From Macrostomum lignano (taxonomy: Eukaryota): a stretch of DNA of 63,953 bases. The notes below the pieces were generated by a model. That model was not told where the DNA came from, did no database searches, and was given only the letters and a program-made list of their open reading frames with translations. Position numbers and translations under genes: made by a program. Of the stretch, positions 33,192 to 46,374 are shown in pieces (position 1 is the first letter of the stretch; every line of letters begins with the position of its first letter). The stretch is from the NCBI GenBank assembly GCA_002269645.1, contig NIVC01004026.1, forward strand, positions 1 to 63,953, in the 5' to 3' direction.

Positions 33192-34492
33192 ATGCAGTCA
33201 ATCAAATGCGTTGTCATTGGCGATGGAGCCGTGGGCAAAACCTGCCTGCTAATTGCTTATGCAACCGGCCAGTTTCCGGAGGAGTACATCCCCACCGTGT
33301 TTGACACCTACAGCGCCAATGTGATGGTGCAGCAGCGCTCGGTCAGCCTCTGCCTGTGGGACACAGCAGGTGAGATCGGATTGAATGAGACTAATTGGTT
33401 TATTGTCTAATAGCTATTCTTTTAGTCACATATGAAGTCCTAATTCTTGCCTTGAGAATCCTCAGAATCTCCAGAAATCCCTAAATTATCGCAAGAATCT
33501 CCAAATTATGCCGAAAGTTACCTAATTTTTCCTATAATCCTTAATTGATCCCCGTCACCCTCAACAATGTCCAAGAATCCTCGGATTATCCCAAGAATCC
33601 TCAGATTATCCCAAGAATTTTCAGGTTATGCCAAGAACACTCAGGTTATCCCAATAATCCTCAGGTTATCCCAAGAATCCCCAGGTTATCCCAAGAATCC
33701 TCAGATTATCCCAAGAATCCTCAGGTTATCGCAAGAATCCTCAAATTATCCCAATAATCCTCAGATTATCCCAAGAATCCTCAGGTTATCGCAAGAATCC
33801 TCAAATTCTCCTACAAATACGTAAATCGTCGCAAGATTTGTCAAATCATCCTAATTATCCTCAAGTTATCCTAAAAGTCCCCAAATTATCATGAGAATCC
33901 CCAAATGTTAGCAGCCAGGCTCTATGACCTATTTTATCCCACTGAAGGTCAGGAGGAGTACGATCAGCTGAGAGTGCTCAGCTACCCCCAGACCGATGTC
34001 ATGATTGTCTGCTTCGCCCTGGACAACCCGGTCAGCTGTGACAACGTCCGCTCCAAGTGGGTGCCCGAGCTCAAGCGGCACGCGCCCAAGGCTCCCATCC
34101 TGCTGGTTGGCACCAAGAAGGATCTGCGAGAAGATTCGGCCACACTGGACCGGCTGCGGGCAAAAGGGAAAAGTCCAGTCACCGCCGCCAGGGTGAGGCG
34201 GCTGTACAGTTGATCAGTCTAGCAATCCACTATCATCTCTACCCCAACACCCACCTCCCAGCTCTACCCCAACACCCACCTCCCAGCTCTACCCCAACAC
34301 CCAATCCAACAGGGCCAAAGCCTGGCCAAGGAGATCCGAGCCGCCTGCTACCTGGAGTGCTCCTCTCGGCTGCAATCGGACGTGAAGTCAGTCTTTGATG
34401 AGGCGATCAGACTGGCTTTGCGGCCGAGCAAACGGAGACTGCGGAATCAGCAGAGCAAAGACGGCAGAGAGAGCTCGTGCTGTACCATGTAG
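33192..34492 (+). CDS. Rho-family small GTPase (Rac/Cdc42-like), 200 aa
   Basis: Exons 33192-33369, 33948-34192, 34313-34492, phases consistent. [38 protein letters not shown]; ends SSCCTM-stop (CaaX). Confidence 0.95.
33575..33810. repeat. 20-bp minisatellite (tcctcagattatcccaagaa) in GTPase intron 1
   Basis: Degenerate tandem units. Confidence 0.85.
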
Positions 34493-34779
34493 ACAACAGA
34501 ATGCATGGCTCACTTGATGCATTATAATTCATATTTCTAATGCTTGCAACTGGGAAGAGACTCGAACTTCAACAAATTCGAGGCTGAACTTTTTGACCGA
34601 ACATCGATTTAGATTCCTGCGTTGAAGCTTTTTCCTGGTAAACAAAGTAAATCACACTGTAAAATGTTTGGACTGCTTGACAGACATTCTGTAATGTTTT
34701 TATGCATTAAAAGTACTTTCTTGTACGGTGGCTTTTCTTTATTAGTTTATTCATTGATTTAGTTGTTGTTACTGTCAGT

Positions 34780-35968
34780 GGGGTGATGATCCTATTAGAC
34801 AGTGGTGTGATGATCCTGTTAGACTGTGGTGGGATGATCCTGTTAGACAGTTGCATGATGATCCTATTAGACAGTGGTGTGATGATCCTGTTAGACAGTA
34901 GTGTGATGATCCTGTTAGACAGTGGTGTGATGATCCTGTTAGACAGTGGTGTGATGATCCTGTTAGACTGTGGTGGGATGATCCTGTTAGACAGTTGCAT
35001 GATGATCCTATTAGACAGTGGTGTGATGATCCTGTTAGACAGTGGTGTGATGATCCTGTTAGACAGTGGTGTGATGATCCTGTTAGACAGTGGTGTGATG
35101 ATCCTGTTAGACTGTGGTGTGATGATCCTGTTAGACAGTAGTGTGATGATCCTGTTAGACAGTGGTGTGATGATCCTGTTAGACAGTGGTGTGATGATCC
35201 CGTTAGACAGTGGTGTGATGATCCTGTTAGACAGTGGTGTGATGATCCTGTTAGACAGTGGTGTGATGATCCTGTTAGACAGTGGTGTGATGATCCTGTT
35301 AGACTGTGGTGTGATGATCCTGTTAGACAGTAGTGTGATGATCCTGTTAGACAGTGGTGTGATGATCCTGTTAGACAGTGGTGTGATGATCCCGTTAGAC
35401 AGTGGTGTGATGATCCCGTTAGACAGTGGTGTGATGATCCTGTTAGACAGTGGTGTAATGATCCTGTTAGACTGTGGTGTGATGATCCTGTTAGACAGTA
35501 GTGTGATGATCCTGTTAGACAGTTGCATGATGATCCTGTAAGACTGTGGTGTGATGATCCTGTTAGACAGTAGTGTGATGATCCTGTTAGACAGTGGTGT
35601 GATGATCCTGTTAGACAGTGGTGTGATGATCCTGTTAGACAGTGGTGTGATGATCCTGTTAGACTGTGGTGTGATGATCCTGTTAGACTGTGGTGTGATG
35701 ATCCCGTTAGACAGTGGTGTGATGATCCTGTTAGACAGTGGTGTGATGATCCTGTTAGACAGTATTGTGATGATCCTGTTAGACAGTAGTGTGATGATCC
35801 TATTAGACAGTGGTGTGATGATCGTGTTAGACAGTAGTGTGATGATCCTATTAGACAGTGGTGTGATGATCCTGTTAGACAGTAGTGTGATGATTCTGTT
35901 AGACAGTAGTGTGATGATCCTGTTAGACAGTGGTGTGATGATCCTGTTAGACAGTGGTGTGATGATCT
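34780..35968. repeat. 24-bp minisatellite (gacagtggtgtgatgatcctgtta)
   Basis: About 49 units; unit length divisible by 3 gives long spurious ORFs. Confidence 0.95.
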
Positions 35969-36584
35969 TGTCATGCATACAGCAGGATGTTCTCCATCAG
36001 GCCTCTCAGTGGCGCCTGTTCTTGGCTTGCAATCGATGCTGCCAGAGCAGAGATAACCTTCCATATCTCACATATGCGGCTCAGCGGCTCATTCTGCTCA
36101 AGCCGCTCAATAAAATCGCGCGCACTTCTGCCTGTGGCAACCGGCATGAAACCCTGCAATTCCCAGGGGAGCAGGCGGGCTGGTGTTGGTGGGGGGGACA
36201 TGCACAAGTTCGCCACTGCATCGCTGCTGGATATCAAAGAAGAATTTCTGGCAGAAGCAGTTTTTGATGGATTTTCTGGGCGATTGGGGGGGGGGAGTGG
36301 GGGTAACTGAGGCAGAATTAGATAGCCGGGGTGGGAATTCTCCCATATTTTCGCTCCCTAAAATCCAACAACAACAACGAGAATCGAACCGCACATGGGC
36401 GAGGTGGGAGGGCTGCTGCCCCAGTTTATACCCGTGGGATGTGTGGGATTTTGAACTTATCTGTTTGTGTGCGCTGAAACTTCTGGGTGTCCCCCATCCT
36501 GCAGATGCTGGGTGATCTGCCTGCTGTTCTGCTTTTGGTCTCTATGCTGCAAAAGTCTAATTTATGAGACATGCCGGGTCAGTG

Positions 36585-37820
36585 GACAGGTTGGTGTGGA
36601 CAGGTTTGTTTAGTTGTACATGCAGCAGACAGGTTAATATAAACAAGCTAGTTCAGACAGGTAGCGGTGGACAGGTTGATATAAACAAGCTAGTTCAGAC
36701 AGGTAGCGGTGGACAGGTTGATATAAACAAGCTAGTTCAGACAGGTAGCGGTGGACAGGTTGATCTAGACAAGCTGGTTCAGGCAGCTAGCGGTGGACAG
36801 GTGGATCTAGACAAGCTGGTTCAGGCAGGTAGCGGTGGACAGGTTGATCTAGACAAGCTGGTTCAGGCAGGTAGCGGTGGACAGGTTGATCTAGACAAGC
36901 TGGTTCAGGCAGCTAGCGGTGGACAGGTGGATCTAGACAAGCTGGTTCAGGCAGGTAGCGGTGGACGGGTTGATATAAACTAGCTGGGTCAGACAGGTTA
37001 GCGGTGGACAGGTTGATATAAACAAGCTGGGTCAGACAGGTTAGCGGTGGACAGGTTGATATAAACAAGCTAGTTCAGACAGGTAGCGGTGGACAGGTTG
37101 ATCTAGACAAGCTGGTTCAGGCAGCTAGCGGTGGACAGGTTGATCTAGACAAGCTGGTTCAGGCAGGTAGCGGTGGACAGGTTGATCTAGACAAGCTGGT
37201 TCAGGCAGCTAGCGGTGGACAGGTTGATCTAGACAAGCTGGTTCAGGCAGCTAGCGGTGGACAGGTTGATCTAGACAAGCTGGTTCAGGCAGCTAGCGGT
37301 GGACAGGTTGATCTAGACAAGCTGGTTCAGGCAGGTAGCGGTGGACGGGTTGATATAAACTAGCTGGGTCAGACAGGTTAGCGGTGGACAGGTTGATATA
37401 AACAAGCTGGGTCAGACAGGTTAGCGGTGGACAGGTTGATATAAACAAGCTGGGTCAGACAGGTTAGCGGTGGACAGGTTGATATAAACAAGCTAGTTCA
37501 GACAGGTAGCGGTGGACAGGTTGATCTAGACAAGCTGGTTCAGGCAGCTAGCGGTGGACAGGTTGATCTAGACAAGCTGGTTCAGGCAGGTAGCGGTGGA
37601 CAGGTTGATCTAGACAAGCTGGTTCAGGCAGCTAGCGGTGGACAGGTTGATCTAGACAAGCTGGTTCAGGCAGCTAGCGGTGGACAGGTGGATCTAGACA
37701 AGCTGGTTCAGGCAGGTAGCGGTGGACGGGTTGATATAAACTAGCTGGGTCAGACAGGTTAGCGGTGGACAGGTTGATATAAACAAGCTGGGTCAGACAG
37801 GTATAGCGGTGGACAGGTTT
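36585..37820. repeat. 42/43-bp minisatellite (gcggtggacaggttgatctagacaagctggttcaggcaggta)
   Basis: Tandem units in several variant classes. Confidence 0.95.
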
Positions 37821-39624
37821 AAGTAAGTGTACAGATGATAAATTGTGATGTTCTCCGCTAGAAAAGACGATGATTTGCTCATTTAGATACACAGATATAC
37901 TGGAATCATAGTTTTGCGCTGCGATGTTATGCTTATTGCTGATGCAGTACTTTTAATGATGAAGCATATATGGTCGCATCAGCCTGCAAAGTTAATAGCT
38001 ATATCGACGTATGAAAGGTAAACTCTGTTCCTACATGTGTAGTCTATGGTTCAAAGTGCTTCAATGCCAGCACTGTATGTAAACGCCGCTCAATTCTTAG
38101 TCTATGGTTAGAAAGTGCCTCGGCCCACACTCCACGGTTCTTGGTCCGCCTTGAGAGCGTTATAAAATACAGCCTCAGACTTTCTAGGTGAATGCGATAC
38201 GATTGTACGTGCACAAGAGACAAGGCCAGACAATGTTGCAGAGTCAACTATCCGTGATTCTATTGGTTTCAATAATGTTTTGTCTTTTAAGTAAGTATAA
38301 TATGAATTATTATAGAGCTAGTGACTTGATAATTGCCATGCTGCAACCGGATGAAAAATAGTTTTCGAAGTTCTCGGTTGCGCACCGTCCTGCAGGTCGT
38401 ACCGGAGCATCCGCCACTCGAAAAGAGACCTGCTGCTCAGGTGTCTGCAAAGGGATTGAAAAATGGAAAGCAGGATATTGCCTCGAAAAATGATGTGTTT
38501 TCTGTTGATTAACTACTCCCTGACAAATTCCAGTTGGACTTGAATAAATAAATAGTTTATTAACCGTTGCTTCTTCCAACTACGAGCTAAATTGTTAGAA
38601 TTGAAGTACTTGCATGTACTTACATAGCCGCAGGGCATGCCTAAAGTGTCGCACGTGTTTTTGTGAGAGACAGTACCTCAGAATATAAGTAGTCTTTGAT
38701 TGTCAAGATAAAAACAACTCAATATTGCGGCCAGTGTTCGCAAAAGTACATGTACTGTAAAAATTCCCCATGCAGTGCAAATCAAACAAGGAACCTTGCA
38801 TGTACATTCATGCTTCTAGAAGAAACCACTACTTTCCTTCTCCGCGATTTTGCAGTGGTTTCAGCAGCGAGCTACTCTTAGTAGTTCAGAATTTTCGCTG
38901 TAAAGTTTCAGGGGTAAGCTCAGTCCGACAGGTTATACTGTAGTTGTAGTTATAATCCGGTCGGCTACTGCACAGCTGATGGCTCCTTCGTTTAAATAAT
39001 TGTTTAACTTTTCATTGGTAATTTTACAAAAGCACATGTGCACAATACGCGGACAATGCTAGTTACTGTGTACTAAAATCTTTTGGGAGCGCCCATTTCT
39101 ATAATAAAATCTTGTTCCGTTGAAGACTTCTTGACTCTCAAGCAGCATTCAGATCCGAGAGATCTACTAAGAAGATTTCATAGGCTCAGCTCGCGCTAAC
39201 TTTAGTCTTATTGGATTCTTCTCCGCACATTCGCTTAGAGGTGGCAGCGTACTAACTACTGCAAGTAACAACCCCGAGCCAGGAGCATGAGGCAAGACAA
39301 AGTATTCAATTTACGATAAATTTTAAATTCCTCATCGGTCATTGGTAAGAGTAACACCCTGTCTGATGAGCGTTTTGGAAAGGGGCATTAAATTTAATCG
39401 ATTAGCCATAAGGAACTCAGCAGCCCGAGCAGTTTGTTTTAATCTACTTAAGCTTTATTTAAGGTACATAGTTCAAACAAATCGACGCACTGCCACGTAC
39501 GTACTGAACACTCGCGCGCGAGTTCAAATACTCGTAGGCGCGTATTTACTCGCGGTAACTTGGCTAGCCTAGACTAACTGAAAACAGACGAACTTGCAAT
39601 CGCAGATGAACAAAACTGTACCAC

Positions 39625-40330
39625 TCAACAACATAGAGTCCCCCAATATCAATCACCCTCTGGCAATGCTCATACAGCTTGTCCACCTCAGCCTACAGGT
39701 GTTTTTCCTCCAACTGCCATAACCAGTGCAACGCGGCCTGTTTGACCTCTTCATGGTTTGTGAAACTCTTCTTGGAAAAGTCAGCCTTCAGCCACTTGAA
39801 CAGGAATCTCTTGCAAAAGTTGAAGTCCGGGCTGTAGGGACTCTGTCCGAGCAGATTCACTCGCCGTGCAGGCAGAAAATTTGAAACAGCCTTCAAGTGT
39901 GCGGTCGTGCGGTGTCCATCTGCCGCAGAACCTCGTCCAGGTGACATGGATTTGACTGGAGAGTGCGCCAGAGGTCTCCAGTGTGCCGGAGAAAGTCGAT
40001 AAAATACTGGCCATCAACCTTGGTGTTCAGTGGAGTTGTGCAGATGAAGACTCGTTTTTTTGGCGTGAAGGATACCGGCAGCATGGTCTTCTTGTCCGAG
40101 ATGGACTTCCTGGTCACCGTCGGTCTGGAGTCCCCAGCTCCCAACCAGCAGCGATTGTCTGCCTTGCTGCCCTTGCCATCCAGGTGGAGCCAGCTTTCAT
40201 CCTCAGCAACCAGGCAGTTTAGGATGTCATTCAAGCCCCGGCTGCTGAACACGCTGCATAGACGGTTTTTCATCGCGTTGCACTTGCTAAATCTGCTTGG
40301 CGTATTCTTGCGATAGCTTGAGCCATAAAC
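39625..40330 (-). pseudogene. Degenerate mariner-like transposase (catalytic half)
   Basis: AEDESW, QMDTARPH, SPYSPDFNFCKRFLF correspond to TGDETW, HDNARPH, YSPDL..CDFFLF; frameshifted, third Asp lost, no TIRs identified. Confidence 0.8.
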
Positions 40331-40586
40331 AACCTATGCACGTCTCAAATGCACTGCTATTGCTTCACTTACTTTGCAGCTACAACTACCCAAAAGTCCA
40401 TGTGCCTACATATTTTAGACAGAAGCCTGCAGTGACATTACTTATGACACACCCGAAGTATTTGGAACTTTTTATACAATCGTTCGTTTAAATGGGAAAA
40501 TTATATATAATTGATGATTGTGAGAGCAACCAAGAGATATCATTTTTATTTAAATTATTTTACAATCACAAATATTAGAATTAGGC

Positions 40587-40622
40587 CAGGAGACAGGGGA
40601 GACAGGGACAGGGAGACAGATT

Positions 40623-40702
<80 letters not shown>

Positions 40703-40770
40703 GGGAGACTGGGAGACAGATAGACAGGGGAGACAGGAAACAGAGAGACAGGGAAGACGGGGGAGACAGG
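40587..40770. repeat. (GACA)n microsatellite with gggagaca flanks
   Basis: Direct reading. Confidence 0.9.
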
Positions 40771-40949
40771 ATGATGATATTGTAATGATATTGTGATTTC
40801 ATAAAAAATGGCGGTCATTTATTAACATAATTTAGGCAAGATAATATGTATTGTGTGTATTTTAAAGCAAAGTATAATTTAGGAAGCTTGAATAGACAAA
40901 AAAATAGATTTGTTTTACAAATAAGAAGAATGCATTAATTGCATTAAGT

Positions 40950-41060
40950 TTGCTTTAGTTTCTTTTACAGGTAAGTTGTATTTTTGGCCAAAAACTAAGT
41001 TGCATTTTTGTTAAAACTAAGTCACACGGCTGACCGAATTTTGGAGGTTGCGCATAGTAT
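40950..41060. mobile_element. hAT-type MITE, right-hand fragment
   Basis: Aligns with 42660-42768, including right TIR gttgcgcat(a)gtatg. Confidence 0.7.
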
Positions 41061-41099
41061 GGGCGGATAGTTGGCAGGCATGCTTTGCTGCACAGTGGC

Positions 41100-41560
41100 G
41101 GATCTAGTAAGTTCCAATCACCATGATCTTTATTTATTAGACAGGTGATGATTAACTTTATTTGCTTATTAAATTGTTCTATTAGTCTGTTTGACTGGGC
41201 ATGGTAGAGGGTAGTGAAAGTGTGGCAGATATTATAAAGTTTGCAGAAAGCCTTAAATTGTTTACTAGCAAAAGTTTTCCATTGTCTGTGAATCCTTTCT
41301 TCTGAAAATGCCCTTATGCAATACAAAAAATAGTTTATTGCTGCAATGCAAAAAAGGTCATTTATTATTGCAACATCTACCTAGATTTTTAGAGAATAGG
41401 TGTGTACTAATTTTTTTGGTGTGTATTTCTAGCTTCAATCTTTATTCATGATCTAGATTATGGTAGAAAAGCCTTTCATATAATCTGCTTGGACAAATGA
41501 GTTAATGTTCTACATTTTTGGCCAATTTTGGACCTTTAATATGGTATATCTATTTGTCTC
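41100..41560 (-). pseudogene. Decayed Gypsy-type integrase core
   Basis: FASKQFKAFCKLYNICHTFTTLYHAQSNRLIEQFNKQIK...DWNLL matches the rve consensus (F.S..F..FC...GI.H..T.PYHPQSNG.VERFN); upstream WPKM-stop zinc-finger-region relic. Confidence 0.75.
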
Positions 41561-42474
41561 TTTATCCTGCAGGCCAATAAAATACCACTTTAGGTATTCT
41601 TTGATACTTGAACCATTAAGCACCTGCAATAGTGCATACAGAATAGGCTAATTAAAATTGGAAACTAACTTTGCTATTCTTAATAGGGCCATATCCTGGG
41701 ACCTCTTATATAGCTCGCCACTATTTAACCAATATCCCAGTATGCCTAATACTAATAGTTATACTTTGTCATGAAGGTATAATACCATGTCTACTGATAA
41801 TATGAGATGACTTACCTTGTGAGAATAACACAAGTGCATAATGGTACAACCTTTTAATCAAGAAATCTAGCCAGCTACTTGTAGCCACTGATATACTAAT
41901 TGAATCAATTACCAAGTTTATTGGCACTTTTAACTTTTTCGGCATGTAGAACATGCCTGTTATCAAACATAGATAAGAGATAGCGATGATAAAAGTGACA
42001 CATTTTTTGAAAGTGTCCTAAGTGTATATGCATATGCATCAGATCATATATAGCCTTTATTTGCACTTTTGTCTTTTGATTTCTTCTTTAGCCAAATGCT
42101 TATTAAAGTCTTATTCAAAAGTATATCTCAAGCATTGTGAGTAGATATAGCAATCAAAGCATATAACAACAATGGATCCTAACTAAGCTTTATGTTTTAG
42201 GCTTTTTTCACATACTTTCTATGCTTAAGATAGTAGTCTTTGGGCTCTGTGATACCTTGTATGGTGACAGTAGAGCCTTGATCCCAAATTCTTTAATCTA
42301 TGCATATTATTGTCATATGCCATATTCTTTAATCAATTCAATGCTAGGCCCTATAGAACATTTAAGCATATAAATGACAGTGCAATAATAATGCATGATA
42401 TGAAAGTGGCTGTACTTAACACTAAGACTGCATATTTGGATAAATTGTATTTGAATAGTTGATATAACCTTGTA

Positions 42475-42768
42475 CATACATGCGCAACAGTCGGCCGAGT
42501 CGGCCGATCCGGCCGACTGATTTGGTGGTGAACCAAGGAAGTCGCAAAAATGCCCACCCAAAAAACCCAAGTAGTAGTACTAAGTAGCTGACGAGGCATT
42601 TTGGCCTTATAAGACAGTCATAGTTACTCCTGCCGTTTACCCAAAGTTGCGTTAATTTTGCTTTAGGTTTTTTTACATGTAAGTCGCATTTTTGGCCAAA
42701 AACTATGTCGCATTTTTGTTAAAACTAAGTCGCATGGCCGACCGAATTTTGGAGGTTGCGCATGTATG
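42475..42768. mobile_element. hAT-type MITE, best-preserved copy
   Basis: Perfect 14-bp TIRs catacatgcgcaac / gttgcgcatgtatg; perfect 8-bp TSD accttgta. Confidence 0.9.
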
Positions 42769-44254
42769 ACCTTGTAGCAAATGTCTTCTTGAGCCTTACA
42801 ATGGTCTTTAAAAGTAATTGGCCTATTCAAGTGCTGTCCATAAACAATTGAACCCTTCAATTTCAGGGATGATGTAAATTAATTCATTTTCAGTTTTGCA
42901 TCCTTAGCTAGAGACTTATTCGCAAAGGATAAAGATTATAAAAGTTGGCTCTTTAGCTGTTGCCTATTCTGCTGAATGTCATACCAAATCATTTTGATAT
43001 TCTCTTTTGCCATATTTTCCAAGAAAGAAAGTTTATCTAACTGGCTTGCAAGAGCACTCATTGTACACTGAAATTGAAGCACTAGCTGTGAAAAAGTAAA
43101 TTTTAGACCCTCAGAGAATGCAATCTATTTTGTTAAAGCTTGCACTTCTTAAAACACATGCTGTTTGTATACACTGGCAGATATCTGAAAGATATGAATG
43201 TAAAGAAAGCTTCTAAAGAAAGTATGCAGTCTTGATATTTAAATCTTCTTAGTTCAGTTCTAGTTATAAAGCTATTCCTAATGAGCATATTGGTTTCTAA
43301 CTTAGAAAGAAGCAGTATCCCCAAGAAAGCAATCAGTCTAAAATTTCTAGATAGCTCAATAGCAAGCTAAGCTGATAAAAATACCAAAAACAATTTACGA
43401 GCTATTTCTTATTAATCATATTGGTCTCTTTAACCATATTGATTTTCATATAGTTTAAGGCCCTATCTGATTGCCAAAAGGCATAGCTATTTTTGGCAAT
43501 AATAAAACCATTATGCTAAAAAATACTAAGACTTATATGCTACTAGACTTGCTTAAACACCTAGTTGACATAGTGCATATTAAGCTATTATATGTTACAT
43601 TCAAGATTAGCAAACAATAAGTATCCAATATGACACTATTGCATGGTCAAGATATGAAAAAAACAGAAGAAAGTCCTAACTGTTAGAAGTTAGGCTAGGA
43701 CTTCAATTAGTCTATATTACTTATCTATTCAGTAATTGTAAATTTAAATTATTTTGTGTTCCTTAAATAAATGCAAAATATTGTAAGTAGCAGCACATTT
43801 GCATGTAAACTAGTTCAGTTCAGTAGTAAGTTAAACTGAAGCATTTTAATTTATTTTTAAAGCCAAGGCTCATTTATTGGCTCTTAACCCCCCAGCTTAA
43901 ACCCTCCAAACGCGCCTTTCCACACTCCTCCGCCCGCCCCAATTTTTATTGCCTCTCGGAATTCCAGCCTAAAGCTGCCATTTGCATTTCAGTGGACTGG
44001 CCAATGTACATTATTGCTGAACCAATTAGCAAGCTGTTAACGCCTGAAAGCTTGGGCTTCTAAACTTATCAAAGTCATTTCAAAAAAGCTTATGCATTCT
44101 TCATTGCTACTGAACTGAAAGTGGAAAGCTGTTTTGCTAAGCATATATGCCTGAGTGGCCTATCTAGTTATTTCAGTATTTGAGGCCTAATCTTTATGAT
44201 TCATTAAGCTTATTATGTATGCATAGAAACTGGACTCAATATTTGAACCTGCAG

Positions 44255-46097
44255 GAGTCTGCACAGCCCTCAAAGCGGACCCGCGCCACGGCCATGTCCG
44301 TGTTCATGCGGGAATACCGCAACTCCAATCCCGCTCTGCGGTCGCTGCCGCACTCCAGCTCCCAGCTGATCGCCGAGGCCAACAGCGCCTTCAAGAGCCT
44401 CAGCCTGGAGCAGCGGCAGGTCTACGAGCGGAAAGCGAAGGCTGAGAACAAGAAGTTCGATCAGAAATTCGGCGACAAGTTTCGTCGCGACTGCGAGGGC
44501 TTCACGCTGGAGTCCCGCGCCAAAGCTTCTCAGGAGGCGGAGGCTTTCAGGCGGTGGAGCGAGGACCTGCTCAGGCAGATGCTGTCGGATGCAGAGCTGC
44601 AGTGGCTGCTGGACCGGCCGTTTGTGGTCGGTGAGCTGTTCGACTTCGCGCCCGCAGATCCGCACGAGTCCCGCCAGAACCTGCCTGCGGAGCTCGGCTT
44701 CGTGCGCTTCAGCCTGCGGTCTGGCGTCACCGACCGCCTGCACCACATCGTCAGCCTGACCTCCCAGCAGCTGCCGATGCACCTGCGATTCCAGTGCAAG
44801 GATCTGGCTGAGGAGACTCACGGAATCCACATCGACCATCAGCTGGGAGGCAGCGTCGCCGCCTTCGACCGCGAGCTTCGCCGGCTCTGCCAGGACGACT
44901 CGGGCCGCCCGCTGCCTCTGTTTGTGCCAGCAGACAGCCTGCAGCGAATGCAGCATGGCCTGATGTACATCTACGGCTCCAGCGCTGATCTCGGCACCTG
45001 CCCGCTGGTGATTGAGCCTTCGAAACTTTCCAAGTCTCGCGTGCTCAGTCTGGAGCCCCTCATGCGGCACCTGATGGCCTGCCCAGCCATGCCCGAGGAC
45101 AAGAGGGCGTCCGTGCTGGACTTGCAGATGACCGCCTTGCTGCAAAAAGTCCGGTTCACAGGTGAGCTGCTCAAACTGCACTACTCGCAGTAGTAAGCAT
45201 GGCAATGATACTAGAAGCCCATAAACCCGCACTACTCGCAGTAGTAAGCAGGACAATAAAACTGGAAGCCCACATCCCGCAGGCTACAGCGAGTGCTGCC
45301 AGTTCCACACCGGCCAGGACAACACAGAGTTCTGCGCCCTGACCAGAGCTCACCGCTACGCCTGGGCGATCTTTGAGCTGCTGTACGACCGGCTAGGATT
45401 CGAACTCACGACCGCGCACAGGCCGTTAGACGAGCAGCTGGTGACGCCGCCTGCGCCTATCAGGCGGGAGGACCAGCCGCGGTGGCTGGAAAACTCTCGC
45501 TGGCAAAAGCGCGCTAACCCGTCGCCACCGCGGTCGGTTGCCATGGCAACGCAGCCTACTACTTCCGCAGCCCCGGCAAACGCCTCAGCCAATGGCGCTG
45601 CTGCTGAAAATTTTCAAGCTTTTGGTCGGGGCCGGGGGCGCGGCGTTCGTCTGACTGAGCAGCCGCCGATGCCGATGCCGCCGCCTGCCGCGTCTGAAGA
45701 TGCCGCCATTGAGTCCGATGGGAGGCCCGCCGGACGGCCCGCTGTCCTTGGTCGGGGTCGAGGCATTCGCTCTTCGGAGCCGCCGTTTGATAATGCCTCC
45801 CGCGGGGTGGCGGTGCCGGCTCGCTTTGAAGATGCCGCCGGCGGGGTGGCGGTGCCGGCTCGCTTTGAAGATGCCGCCCGCGGGGTGGCGGCGCCGGCTC
45901 GCTTTGAAGATGCCGCTATCGACGCTGGCAGCAGCTTTCGCTCCTCTGAGCAGGCGGCCTTTGAAGATGCCGCACCGATGACCCGCGCCTCGCCGGGACC
46001 CCCTCCGGGCCTGTCGTCTCCCGTTGGCGGCGCCGGCAGAGGTGGGGGCGCGGCCGGGGCCGGCATCGCGCAGACGGCGCGGCCCCAATTATTGTAG
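44255..46097 (+). CDS. MAEL: Maelstrom (piRNA pathway): HMG box, MAEL domain, RG-rich tail
   Basis: Exons 44255-45161 and 45283-46097 (phase 1). HMG-like AMSVFMREYR...FKSLSLEQRQVYERKAK; MAEL motifs LPAELGFVRFSLRSGV, EETHGI, ECCQFH...FCALTRAHRYAWAIFE. Start unresolved: first in-frame ATG after the acceptor is 44294, or an upstream exon exists. Confidence 0.9.
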
Positions 46098-46374
46098 ATT
46101 AATGGTTGATAGCAATTATTTACTGAGCGACTGTTTGTTAAAATTGAAGCAGAGTTTGTTAAGCTTTATCTATTTTATATATTCAGCAAGCTCGCATTGT
46201 ACCAAATTTTCGACCTTTTTACGAGTGGCATGATAATTGCAGATAAATTATCCGTGTTTATGAAATCTTGGTTATCAGATGACTAGTTTTGCTTTTGTCT
46301 TGTTTTTACTTTTTAAAAGTTTTTTTTTCAAAAAGCATTCGTCAATTTTTGCGATAAATGTTTCATTGATTACA

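Noticed and set aside
39180-39290. FSAHSLRGGS, resembling a tyrosine recombinase H-x-x-R motif
   Set aside because: Only a short motif match in a short frame; no other YR or DIRS features.
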